A stretch of DNA of 59,884 nucleotides, filler included, from Squatina squatina (GCA_031763465.1; 4 parts of 3 records of this genome joined end to end with filler, not necessarily neighbours in it), one strand, 5' to 3'; counted from the whole stretch's first letter, positions 12,756 to 24,734 are shown. The notes: generated from the letters alone by a model not told the origin. Translations and numbers: made by a program.

Positions 12756-13455
12756 GGGCCATAATTTGCTGTCAAAATATCAGCGAGGCTTATGGTGCTC
12801 GCCGTTATTTTTGCACAAATGCCACAGCAACTTCACATGAGTGCAGGTGCACAGTTAAACGTGGAAATCTAAAAGTTGCTATCGTAGATGCGCTGCTCCA
12901 CCATTAGCCTCGCGAAAATAGCATCTCGCTGTCTGGCTCACGCATTGAATGGCGTGAAGTTGCTGTACTTGCGCGATAAAAAGGAACTTAATCTTGCCAC
13001 AGAAAGTTAAGTCTTGTCCATTTCAATCTAAGTACCCTACTGCCAGTCAACCTCACTGGCACTGTTAATTAACTATTACAAGTATGGAGTCTCATTCCTT
13101 CAGATTTTAATTGTTGGAGATTTTAAAAATGTAACATTTAAAATTTTAATTTCTTTACTTTTCCTCATTTTTCTCTTAATCCAATCTTTCTTTCCCTCTT
13201 TACTTCTCTTTCTGTACCTGATTTGACATTGAATTCACACATTCTAACTTATTCTTTCTCAGTCCTTGCACTGTTAATTTCACAATTCTTCAATCTGATT
13301 GGTTCACTCAGGTCCCAAATGCCCTGTTTCCCTCGCTGCTATGTTATCAGCTCACACTTTCAGCAACTTGCCACAGAAATGTTGTTAAAACCTAAACGTG
13401 CAAGGGCAAGTCTAACTTATGGCAGACGCTGTTAGAATCACTCCTATTAAGGCCC
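12756..13455. mobile_element. Non-autonomous PIF/Harbinger-type MITE, 700 bp
   Basis: Terminal inverted repeats GGGCCATAAT...ATTAAGGCCC with 3-bp ATT on both flanks. Internal sequence recurs at 58470-58640. Confidence 0.65.
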
Positions 13456-13578
13456 ATTGTGTTTAAGCTAGATTTTCANNNNNNNNNNNNNNNNNNNNNN
13501 NNNNNNNNNNNNNNNNNNNNNNNNNNNNNNNNNNNNNNNNNNNNNNNNNNNNNNNNNNNNNNNNNNNNNNNNNNNNNN

Positions 13579-14020
13579 CTAAGGTAGATTGGGAAATTAA
13601 AATTGAAAGGTATGATGGTAGATAAGCAGTGGGAAACATTTAAAGAAATACTCCAAAATTCTCAACGAATATACATTCCATGAGTAAAGTGATCCATCCA
13701 TGGCTAACTAAAGAAGTTAAAGATAGTATTAGAATAAAAGTAGAGGCTTATAATATTGCAAAGAATAGTGGTAAGCCTGAGGATTGGGAGAGCTTTACAA
13801 ACCAGCAAAGGATGACCAAAAAATTGATAAAAAGGGAGAAAATATATGAGAGTAAACTAGCAAGAAATATGCAAATAGATTGTAAGAGCTTCTACAAGTA
13901 CGTAAAAAGGAAGAGAGTAGCAAAAGGAAGCATTGGTCTCTTAGAGGCGGAGTGAAATTATAATGGGGAACAAGGGAATGGCAGAGACTTTAAACAAATA
14001 TTTTGGATTTGTCTTCACAG
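13579..14020 (+). mobile_element. CR1-clade LINE ORF2 fragment
   Basis: PWLTKEVKDSIRIKVEAYNIAKNSGKPEDWESFTNQQRMTKKLIKREK...SFYKYVKRKR is typical of the CR1 endonuclease-RT linker. It is cut off by a SINE. Confidence 0.85.
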
Positions 14021-14023
14021 TAA

Positions 14024-14503
14024 GAAAGAAAGACTTACATTTATATAGCACCGTTCACAACTACCAGACATCCCAAAGTGCTTTACAGCCAATGGAGTAC
14101 CTTTGAAGTGTAGGCACTGCTATAATGTAGGAAATGTGGAAGCCAATTTGCACACAGCAAGCTCCCACAAACAGAAACGTGATAAGGACCAGATACTCAT
14201 TTTTTGTTGTTGATTGAGGGTTAAATATTGGCCAGGGTGCCAAGGATAACTCCCATGATCCTCTTTGAAAATATTGCCATGGGATCTTTTACGTCCACTT
14301 GAGAGAGCAGATGGAGCTTGGTTTAATGTCTCATCTGAAAGACGGAACCTCCGATGGTGCACCACCTCCCTCAGCACTGCACTGGAGTGTCAGCCTAGAT
14401 TTTTGTGCTCAAGTCTCTGGAGTGGGACTTGAACCCACAATCTTCTGACTCAGAGGCAATGGTTATGGTTAGGGCTAACCCTAACCCTAGCCCACTGATC
14501 CAC
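14024..14503 (-). mobile_element. Near full-length SacSINE1-like DeuSINE
   Basis: Contains the Deu-domain-like gcactgcactggagtgtcagcctagattt tract, a tRNA-like head (gggacttgaacccac) and the LINE-derived tail (ttacatttatatagcacc). Confidence 0.85.
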
Positions 14504-14509
14504 TTGCTT

Positions 14510-15037
14510 CGGATAGCTTTTTAAAGAGCAGGTACAGATGCCGGGGTGGGAGCAGCCAAGCCCGCGCCGGGGCGGAGGCAGCCAACGCCCAAGCAAGAGC
14601 AGCTTTGGGGCCCACCCTCGGCCCAAGCAGAGCGCCGGATCTCGGATCTCATCAACGCCGGCAAGATAAAGCGGGAGCACAGGGAATGGGAGATCTGGGG
14701 TTATGGAGACTGGCAACCAAGGAGCTGGGGAGCGAGGCAAACATGGCTCCGGAAGCCACAGTCCTGGGGCCCGGAATTCGAGGATCCAACAGCCCAGGGA
14801 GCCAGAGGCTGGTGCAGAGGCGGAGAGGGCTGAGGTGATCACGTGTTTGTATTTCATGTTAGGCCATTGAGCCAAGCCTGGTCTCCAGTCGTCTCGGATC
14901 TCCTTGACATTGGGCCAAGACCGCACGGCAACCCCACCTTAAAAAAACTAATGCACAGGCACCTTCCACGCCTTCATCATGAAGTTTGGGACCTGGAATG
15001 TCAGGACCCTCATGGACAACCCCAACAGCGACAGACC
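14510..15037 (+). mobile_element. RTE-clade LINE 5' region and start of endonuclease ORF
   Basis: ATG at 14979 gives MKFGTWNVRTLMDNPNSDR, the GTWNVRTL motif of RTE/BovB endonucleases. A GC-rich putative 5' UTR precedes it. Confidence 0.75.
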
Positions 15038-15137
15038 NNNNNNNNNNNNNNNNNNNNNNNNNNNNNNNNNNNNNNNNNNNNTTAATTAATTAANNNNNNN
15101 NNNNNNNNNNNNNNNNNNNNNNNNNNNNNNNNNNNNN
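15038..15137. other. Artificial scaffold linker N44-TTAATTAATTAA-N44
   Basis: Palindromic 12-mer giving stops in all six frames, centred in N runs. Identical at three places in the window. Confidence 0.97.
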
Positions 15138-15140
15138 CAG

Positions 15141-15331
15141 GAATGGGAAGTGTAAAATAGTGCAACAAGGAAAGGAATGTTTTCAAGGCATGCGGCTGCG
15201 CCACTACTATATGTTGTGTGGTGCTCTACTAAGGGTTTGGAACAAAGTTGGAAACATTATGTCTGAGGTTACAAGTTCCAGTCACTTACAAATTGTACGT
15301 CTCAAAACCAAGGCGCAGAAGAAGCAAGTTG
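15141..15331 (+). CDS. SBNO2: SBNO2 (strawberry notch homolog 2) penultimate exon
   Basis: cag|...|gtaagt. Encodes [63 protein letters not shown], matching SBNO2 [17 protein letters not shown]...LQIVRLKTK. Confidence 0.93.
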
Positions 15332-16734
15332 GTAAGTAAAAGTTTACTTGTTCTCACATGGATTTAGCTTTAAGAAGTGCTTTGCCAATATAAATCCTCA
15401 TGTAACAACTTGCCCCTAGGTGGCACAATCGGTGATATTTTTATTTGTTTAATTTATCCATATTGATGTGCTGATTCAGTCAGTCTAACTGTATTCCCAG
15501 TACTATCTCTTGTGCATGTTTTCAATGCACCAATCTTGTTATTATGGCAGAATATATCAATTGAAATTCTATTTCTACAATCAATGTTTAAATATAGGCC
15601 CTGAAAATGCAATCTCCTCAGGTGGGAACAATGTTACCACGCACCCAGGGAGATNNNNNNNNNNNNNNNNNNNNNNNNNNNNNNNNNNNNNNNNNNNNNN
15701 NNNNNNNNNNNNNNNNNNNNNNNNNNNNNNNNNNNNNNNNNNNNNNNNNNNNNNNNNNNNNNNNNNNNNNNNNNNNNNNNNNNNNNNNNNNNNNNNNNNN
15801 NNNNNNNNNNNNNNNNNNNNNNNNNNNNNNNNNNNNNNNNNNNNNNNNNNNNNNNNNNNNNNNNNNNNNNNNNNNNNNNNNNNNNNNNNNNNNNNNNNNN
15901 NNNNNNNNNNNNNNNNNNNNNNNNNNNNNNNNNNNNNNNNNNNNNNNNNNNNNNNNNNNNNNNNNNNNNNNNNNNNNNNNNNNNNNNNNNNNNNNNNNNN
16001 NNNNNNNNNNNNNNNNNNNNNNNNNNNNNNNNNNNNNNNNNNNNNNNNNNNNNNNNNNNNNNNNNNNNNNNNNNNNNNNNNNNNNNNNNNNNNNNNNNNN
16101 NNNNNNNNNNNNNNNNNNNNNNNNNNNNNNNNNNNNNNNNNNNNNNNNNNNNNNNNNNNNNNNNNNNNNNNNNNNNNNNNNNNNNNNNNNNNNNNNNNNN
16201 NNNNNNNNNNNNNNNNNNNNNNNNNNNNNNNNNNNNNNNNNNNNNNNNNNNNNNNNNNNNNNNNNNNNNNNNNNNNNNNNNNNNNNNNNNNNNNNNNNNN
16301 NNNNNNNNNNNNNNNNNNNNNNNNNNNNNNNNNNNNNNNNNNNNNNNNNNNNNNNNNNNNNNNNNNNNNNNNNNNNNNNNNNNNNNNNNNNNNNNNNNNN
16401 NNNNNNNNNNNNNNNNNNNNNNNNNNNNNNNNNNNNNNNNNNNNNNNNNNNNNNNNNNNNNNNNNNNNNNNNNNNNNNNNNNNNNNNNNNNNNNNNNNNN
16501 NNNNNNNNNNNNNNNNNNNNNNNNNNNNNNNNNNNNNNNNNNNNNNNNNNNNNNNNNNNNNNNNNNTGGCCCTGTGGGATCAGAGGCCGGACTGGAGGTG
16601 AGCATATCCCAGCACTTATGCACCTCCCTCCCTATGGACTTTCTGACCCAATGTATCTGAATGTTGGGTGAGAACAGAAATCGGACTCAACTGTGATCCA
16701 GACTTCCAGTTCATTGTGCTTTTTTGTTTTTGTT

Positions 16735-16990
16735 TTCGGGATGTGGGCCGTGATGCTAGCCAGCATTTAATGCCCAACTCTAGTTTCTCTGACAAGATCT
16801 TGGTAGGTCACCTCTGAGGCCACAGCATGGGACTGGAGTTAGATGCAGGTTCCTTTCCCTGAAGAACATTAGATTTTTTTAAGCAACTTTCAGGGTCATT
16901 TTTTTGGTACCAGTCCACAAATGACCAGATTTGAACCCATGACTTCTAGGTTGTTAGTCAAGTAACATAATCGCTACAATACTGTAACCC
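16735..16990 (-). mobile_element. Degenerate tRNA-derived SINE-like element whose tail resembles the LINE end at 21120
   Basis: ttcgggatgtgggc...agcatttaatgccca resembles 21120-21175. A B-box-like ttgaaccc lies at the right end. Confidence 0.5.
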
Positions 16991-17331
16991 GCAGCAAAAT
17001 TTTACACCTTCAATCCTACCACTCATTCCAACTGGCCATTTAGGGGCAAGAACACTAGTCAAGCAATCCAGTCACATTATGGGGAGGCCCTCTAAACAAA
17101 TGATGGGTCCATAATGTGCCTTGCATACAGTTTGTGGGCATGTAATAGACCAAAGCTATCAGGCAATCCTATTGCCCCATCAGGTATTGCAAGTTGTACT
17201 CAAGTGTTTATTGTGAATTGACAATTACTCTCAATTATACAGTAGTACCCTCTTCTGATAAAGGAACTGACTTCAGCAATGACTGTTTGTTCTGTAATCT
17301 AAGCAAATGTTTTTTCTGGTGATTTCTACAG

Positions 17332-17669
17332 GTATAAAGATTCCTGAAGCTTGCGTTTTTAATGTCGTTGAAGAGTTGAAGAAAATGGACATGGCAGTAA
17401 AGAAAAAACAGGAGGAGAATCGGCAGCTACTGGCAAACCAAGTACTGCAAATATGTCAAAGTGATGCACAGGACAGTTTATCTGGGGAACAAGCCTTTTC
17501 CAACAATGCTCAGATTTTATCAGAAACTTTTGACACTGTACAANNNNNNNNNNNNNNNNNNNNNNNNNNNNNNNNNNNNNNNNNNNNNNNNNNGGAACAA
17601 ATGCTAAGTCAAGATCGACAAAGTGTTATTCAGTTTGGGCAACCATCACACCTCTGGGAAGCTGGCTGA
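17332..17669 (+). CDS. SBNO2: SBNO2 last coding exon (interrupted by a 50-N gap)
   Basis: ttctacag| phase 1. Encodes GIKIPEACVFNVVEELKKMD...EQMLSQDRQSVIQFGQPSHLWEAG*, matching SBNO2 GIKIPEGCV...RQSVIQF. Confidence 0.9.
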
Positions 17670-20600
17670 ATAGCAAAAGACTAGCATGCTGCTATGCTAA
17701 AGTGCCTGTCTCCAGTTGAAATAGTCATAGATTTTCCCTTCAATGACACTGCCTGCACATAAAGACCAGGACTGGGACAAAGCTGCTTTCTTTGAAGCTT
17801 TCTTCAATAATGTGGGCTTCGAAGGTAGATTTCTTCAACCTTTGAATCTTTGGTGTGGCGTTATCAGAAGCTGACATCCTTCTTCCCTTCTCCTCTCACT
17901 GTATTTTGGTACTGGTGTTGTAATCAACCAAGCACTTGTTCAGTTACAACTGGAGATCGGATGAATCCTCTGCACAGTCAAAAACCTACGAGAAGGGAGA
18001 ATTGTACAAACAAGGTAATAAGGTTCAATGGTTGAAAAATAAAGTTCGTCCCAACCTAGTGAAACTGAAAGCCAGCTTTCCCAGCACTCGCCATGACATT
18101 TGGAAACCTGCTAGAAAAGCTGTATTTCTGAGGAAGAGTACCATTTTCTCTGCTGTCGAGCAACTGCTGTTCTGCACACTTTTTATGTAACACATTTTTT
18201 GGGGGGCTTAAATAAGCACTTAACAGCAGTGTAATTACAGTGTAGTAAACTATTCATATACTATTATGCTTTTAACAAAGTGCAACATNNNNNNNNNNNN
18301 NNNNNNNNNNNNNNNNNNNNNNNNNNNNNNNNNNNNNNNNNNNNNNNNNNNNNNNNNNNNNNNNNNNNNNNNNNNNNNNNNNNNNNNNNNNNNNNNNNNN
18401 NNNNNNNNNNNNNNNNNNNNNNNNNNNNNNNNNNNNNNNNNNNNNNNNNNNNNNNNNNNNNNNNNNNNNNNNNNNNNNNNNNNNNNNNNNNNNNNNNNNN
18501 NNNNNNNNNNNNNNNNNNNNNNNNNNNNNNNNNNNNNNNNNNNNNNNNNNNNNNNNNNNNNNNNNNNNNNNNNNNNNNNNNNNNNNNNNNNNNNNNNNNN
18601 NNNNNNNNNNNNNNNNNNNNNNNNNNNNNNNNNNNNNNNNNNNNNNNNNNNNNNNNNNNNNNNNNNNNNNNNNNNNNNNNNNNNNNNNNNNNNNNNNNNN
18701 NNNNNNNNNNNNNNNNNNNNNNNNNNNNNNNNNNNNNNNNNNNNNNNNNNNNNNNNNNNNNNNNNNNNNNNNNNNNNNNNNNNNNNNNNNNNNNNNNNNN
18801 NNNNNNNNNNNNNNNNNNNNNNNNNNNNNNNNNNNNNNNNNNNNNNNNNNNNNNNNNNNNNNNNNNNNNNNNNNNNNNNNNNNNNNNNNNNNNNNNNNNN
18901 NNNNNNNNNNNNNNNNNNNNNNNNNNNNNNNNNNNNNNNNNNNNNNNNNNNNNNNNNNNNNNNNNNNNNNNNNNNNNNNNNNNNNNNNNNNNNNNNNNNN
19001 NNNNNNNNNNNNNNNNNNNNNNNNNNNNNNNNNNNNNNNNNNNNNNNNNNNNNNNNNNNNNNNNNNNNNNNNNNNNNNNNNNNNNNNNNNNNNNNTCAGT
19101 AACTCACTAGCAGTGCCACTGTAGAGCAGATAAGCTGCAATGGTCGGAATAAATATGCAACTTTTTTTAGTTCAAAGACTCTAAGCTGGAAGTTTTTTAT
19201 AAAATAAAATCTGTTGCTCAGGTTATTGTCAGTGTTGGTATTGTAAACCTACCAATCCATTTGGAGTGATCCAAAGACTCATTTTATGAAAGTCGGGTTC
19301 CTTGCTATCGGTAAAAAAAAAAGTTCCTTTCACTGTCCAGCCATTCAAAACTGGGAGTAATCATTGGGGACAAAGCAGTTCAGTCCTTCAGTAATTCTTA
19401 CATTGACTTTATACTAACACTTGCATCACTTACTCAGGTACAGTAAAATTATCTTGATCCAGTGGATATCTCAATAGAGTAGGAATGGTGGTATTTGAGA
19501 AGCCATTTTTTGTGGGTTGAAATTACGGTCTGACATGATGGCCTCTGTATTACCACCATAGCTGCCTATAATCTGCATCACACTTTATCAGTTAAACTGA
19601 CATGCATGTAGTACTGTCTGANNNNNNNNNNATCCAAGTCTGAACCTCAGTGTGTGTGTTTTGTGTGATTCAGTAACTATTTTTGGTAGCATGCAAGGGT
19701 TACAATAAAACATTGGTTACAACCCCAACATGACTAATCCAGTGCATAAAAATATGAATTCCCTTTGATTACTCCAGAGTTCTGGTGGAAGTAAATTCAA
19801 GCAAATGGAAACTCCAGTTTTTTTTTTAAGTATAATAAATAAGTCACAGTAATAACTGTCTTATTGAAGCCTTATATGATGGCAAGAGACCAAGGATGGT
19901 CAGGGGGTGGGGAGAAACATCAAGAGCAAGTAGTGATTTTTAACTTTCAACCAGACATTTAAACAAAAGGACAAACATGGCAACTTGATTCAGTGTGTCA
20001 GAGGGTTATGGCTGTTGTTTCACCTTTGTGAATATTTGAATCAAGCAATATGGTCACATGACATTAATGCTGCTATTGCTTGGTAAAGAGAAACCCATTA
20101 AATGGAGTGTCAATGTGGTTCTATGAATTAGACAGGAAGGCTAGAAAGCAAAGCATCAAAGCAAACACTGTTATATTACTCTGTAATTTGTGGTGATTTG
20201 TTGAAGTCACTATTACTTGATATTTAATGGATCAAAAATAGACATCATGGCCCTTTCCTCGACCTATTTAATGAATTGTAAGAACACTTTAAAACACCCA
20301 CAAGATCATTGCCAGCATNNNNNNNNNNNNNNNNNNNNNNNNNNNNNNNNNNNNNNNNNNNNNNNNNNNNNNNNNNNNNNNNNNNNNNNNNNNNNNNNNN
20401 NNNNNNNNNNNNNNNNNNNNNNNNNNNNNNNNNNNNNNNNNNNNNNNNNNNNNNNNNNNNNNNNNNNNNNNNNNNNNNNNNNNNNNNNNNNNNNNNNNNN
20501 NNNNNNNNNNNNNNNNNNNNNNNNNNNNNNNNNTAAAGAAATTTAATTCAGGGACTGCTGTAAAGCTTAAAAAAACTGCTTTAATCTGCCATTAGAAATT

Positions 20601-21119
20601 TTGGATGCACTGTAATATTAGAAACCAGAGATTAATTGCTTTTGTGCCCTTATATTACTACTTTCACAAAGTATTCTAACAAGGATAGAACACAAATACC
20701 AAAGTATTCACCATCTTAAGTTGCCTGCTATAAAATCTCTTTGCCTCAGGAACCGATCCAATAGCCCTTTTCTACCTTTTATATCAGGGTTGTCTACACG
20801 AATTAAAAGATTCGTGTTGCTTTTTGTTCATTAAACAGTACATTTTGACTTTTTTACATACATTATTTTGTTAACCGATATGGTTCTATTGATTGTAGCT
20901 ATTGTATATGCTGTGGGTATCTGTAAACAATGCAAGCACTTTTGCCTACTTACAATTTACTGGGTTGTCTTTGTTTTCTATTTGTATTTATAAGTGTAGG
21001 AAATGAAGTGGTATATATGTAAAAAAAATCAGCACCCAATTTGCAAAAATCATACTGAATGTAGTCATAAAAGGCAAGTTAAAAATTCTTTCTATACACA
21101 TATTTCCAAATGTTTTTAA

Positions 21120-21385
21120 ATTCGTTCATGGGATGTGGGCATCGCTGGCAAGGCTGGCATTTATTGCCCATCCCTAATTGCCCCTTGAGAAGGTGGTGGT
21201 GAGCCGCCTTCTTGAACCGCTGCAGTCCGTGTGGTGAAGGTGCTCCCACAGTGCTGACAGGGAGGGAGCTCCAGGATTTTGACCCAGTGACGGGTGAAGG
21301 AGCAGCTGATTTGTTTCCAAGTCAGGATGGTGTGTGGCTTGATGGGGAACTTGGAGACAATTTGCCTTCCATATTGTCTTGGAGG
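21120..21385 (-). mobile_element. Non-LTR retrotransposon 3' end (CR1/L2 group)
   Basis: Minus strand reads ...GLQRFKKAAHHHLLKGN* followed by an AATAAA-containing tail. Resembles a common shark LINE end. Confidence 0.75.
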
Positions 21386-21779
21386 CAAGAATGATCAGCC
21401 TTGCACTGGCTACTGCCTGACTGCCATTGGTCAAGAGCAAAAAATGGCATGATGCTACTTGGCGGAGCAATGGAGGTTTGTGTGAGGATACGCACCCTGG
21501 GTGGGGAAGCAGTTCAACAACAGGCTAGACTAACTTAGCACTTTTTTTTGACATTTTGACTGTTAGAAAATTGCATTTTGTTTTACTAATAGCATTTACA
21601 AAGTTATGCATTCATTATTGTGCATATGTTTGTGTACCCATTGGCATGATCTTTTGCTTGATCCTTATTTTTACTGCACTGTGTTTCAAGGTAAAGTGAC
21701 AAATAGCTGCTGGTATCAGAAGGTTGGGTTTGGCTGTGCCAAACTCCATTCTGCTGCATGACCTGGATGTGGAGGATCA

Positions 21780-22205
21780 CGTCCTGATGTAATATCATCT
21801 GCACATCTATCGATACCTCAGGCACAACGTGTGCACCGACCACTATCCCAAGGCCTGGGTATCCAGACAATGCCACTGCTACCCAAGCATGTTAGACAAG
21901 ACCCGCCTTCGATTCCTCCTCTTTAGTGCAGATGCAACAGCATAGCTATGCTATCTGCTGCAGCCTGCCTTGCAGACCAAGCCAAGAACTGGGATAGATC
22001 TTCCTATTGTTGTAAAGGCTACAAACACGTTAGGCTTTAATGTCACAGGCTCGTTCCAGATCACCGCAGGCGACATCTGCCAGATCAGCTCGTCTGTAAC
22101 TCATTCCTGCATCAAGCAAATCACTGGTATGTTTGCCTAGGTTAACAACTTTGTCATTTATTCAAGGGAAAGGCGACCACAACTGGAGAGGGTAGAGAGC
22201 TTTCA
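21780..22205 (+). pseudogene. PIF/Harbinger transposase (HARBI1-like) relic
   Basis: 21955-22140 reads LLQPALQTKPRTGIDLPIVVKATNTLGFNVTGSFQITAGDICQISSSVTHSCIKQIT, matching the Harbinger HTH-region motif (xxTGSFQxxxGDxCxIS). Flanked by stops. Confidence 0.75.
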
Positions 22206-23516
22206 TCTCTGCCAACCATTAGCATTTGTTGACTGAAATTAATACCTTTTCTAGAGCCTGATGCACTTTTTTGTAAAAGCCACCTCACAATGTCATGAAT
22301 TTTCCTGAGACAAATCCGCAGAGTTCACATAATGTCACAAATTTGTGTGCATTTGCACAGATCAGCGGATTTGTGTGTATCAGTAAATCCTCATTTAAAA
22401 TATAAAACCTGCTTAAAGCCTGATAGCAGCACTGCAGGAAATGGATAACCTGGGTCATAAGGATGATGGGCACATGGAAGAAACAAGCAGCTANNNNNNN
22501 NNNNNNNNNNNNNNNNNNNNNNNNNNNNNNNNNNNNNNNNNNNNNNNNNNNNNNNNNNNNNNNNNNNNNNNNNNNNNNNNNNNNNNNNNNNNNAAAATGT
22601 GCCTTAACTAATTATTCTTAATTTTCTACTTTCAAGGAAGGAATATAGTAGCATGCTTTCATTTTTATGATAAATAAAAAAAAAAACTACAATTATCTTT
22701 TTTTACAACTTGCAGTTCACTGTCTCCGAATGTGTGCTTGTTCAGCAATAATTTTTTTGTAATATACTAAGAGAATATCTACCAGATACTAATCGAACAG
22801 TTTGTTTCTCTAGTACTAGTACCTTGCCAAGTCCCACAAGACAGTTGCACTACACATTTGTGTATCCAGAATGAAACATCCTCATTTTACAAAATTTTAT
22901 ATTACTCTGTAGCATAAAGTAATAAAGTTTCTGTAAATATGTTTTATGTTGCTGATTGCCTCAGGGTTAAATATAATCTCAGTTCCGAATGCACCAATGA
23001 ATGGAATGGACAAATATCTACATTTCTTGCAGTTGTATCGGATTCTTTTGCCTGTTGTTTTCGTTCAAGCCTTAGTCCCACATGTATCTTTTCCCGTTAC
23101 GGTGTGAGAACAGACAATTTTAAACCCATAGTTGTCCTTTATATTTGGTGGGGCAATTGAGCTAATTCAATCCTGGAGTCTCTTGGCCGTGCATCAGAAC
23201 AAAGCGGATAAAACTTTAAAGTTTAAGAAAAACAGACAAGGTATGAAGAGTGGCATTGGCTGTCGCATCCACTGACAGCTACCAATAAGAGGACATTCTC
23301 GGGAATGTCAGCCCTTCTGGGTAAAGTGGAAGCTTGGTGTGGATAGTGGAAAGATAAACTAGTAAAATGCAAACAAAAGTGAAATACTATTTTACGTAAA
23401 GTTTAGTTTTGTGGAGTTATACAATGGGCTTAGCTTCTTGAATGAAACAGAGGTATGATTGAATCTTAAAATATGAGTCCACTAAAGACTTACAGAATTG
23501 TCTTTTTTTTCCATAG

Positions 23517-23620
23517 TTGACTTGGAACACATGCGAACTGTCAAGACAGACAAGCATCAACGGTTTTGCCAGGAAAACAACATCAGTGGTCATTTTGTTT
23601 CTGCCAAAACCGGAGACTCT
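23517..23620 (+). CDS. RAB28: RAB28 or RAB28-like small GTPase internal exon (G5 motif)
   Basis: tttccatag|...|gtgagt, 104 bp. Encodes [34 protein letters not shown], matching RAB28 [34 protein letters not shown]. Confidence 0.88.
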
Positions 23621-24294
23621 GTGAGTTTGAACCACCTTTTAGACATATTCAAAGCATTTGGGAACAGCTTATTTACATTAGAGTAATAGAATTGTACAAG
23701 AGGTAAAATTACTAGACTGAGATTCAAGCCAGATATGCACAGAATCAGTAGCATGGAAAACACTGCCACCTAATTGATGTATGGATTATTTTATTTGTTT
23801 ACAGAGCAATAGAGAAAACAAATGGTATATTTGTTGTCTCCTATCAAAGGACGGAAGTTATTAACTTCAGTCAATAATACTATATCTTCACAAATAAGAC
23901 TTAAGTGCAAAGATGTCTTGGACTGACGCCACAACACATGCAAATCAGGACAAATGAAGATGGACGGTGTTTGTGATAAATTACTGATTATCATTTGCTG
24001 CAGTAGAGGCTGAGTGGACAAAGGCCTCATTTGCCACATACTTAATTCTTATAATTGTAGTTTAACTGTGCCATCATGCATCCAGTAACTAATGAAAAAC
24101 AGATTATTCCAATGCAGACCAATTTCCAAATAGCTGTGTATCTTGTATAGATTGTTCCTTTTAGACATGACAGTTGCAATTAGCTCACTTTAGTGTTAAA
24201 CAACTTTTTAAAAAAATCCCAGTTCCAACTATATATTACTTTAAATTGCCCTGAACTCCTAATTCTCCTATGTTAGTACATACATTGTCCAGGT

Positions 24295-24437
24295 TGTCTT
24301 CTCCAGCAATATAGGAGGGGTGACAAAAAGCTTGGTTGAAGAGCTGGATTTTAAGGAGGGTCTTAAAGTAGGAGAGGTAAGTGGAACGGTTTAGGGAGGG
24401 AATTCCATAGCGTGTGGCCTAGATGCGGAAGGCAAAG
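24295..24437 (-). mobile_element. L2 LINE 3' end fragment
   Basis: ggtttagggagggaattcca is the reverse complement of the LWNSLPK tail also seen at 33025. Confidence 0.7.
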
Positions 24438-24734
24438 NNNNNNNNNNNNNNNNNNNNNNNNNNNNNNNNNNNNNNNNNNNNNNNNNNNNNNNNNNNNNNN
24501 NNNNNNNNNNNNNNNNNNNNNNNNNNNNNNNNNNNNNCCCCTCCCCCCCCCTCCCCCGTCACTACGGTGAGTGACTGTGATTGATTTTATGCATGTAACT
24601 ATCCTCCACTCACTGCATTGTTCTGGAGAAATCACCCTGCTTTTACAGGGAGACTTTGCTGTCATTTCGATCATTTCTACTTGAAGGGACTCATGTTTAA
24701 ATCGACTCTTTTCTATTCCTTTTCTCCCTCCTGT

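Noticed and set aside
14450-14926. Overlapping GC-rich ORFs on both strands
   Set aside because: They lie in the putative RTE LINE 5' region and show no protein motifs.
15510-19110. Long ORFs of 276-363 aa in the ORF track
   Set aside because: They consist almost entirely of N-derived X residues and are gap artefacts.
22200-22493. Search for GPX4 exons or a SECIS element expected from synteny
   Set aside because: No GPX4-like peptide and no convincing ATGA...AA...GA SECIS fold seen on either strand.
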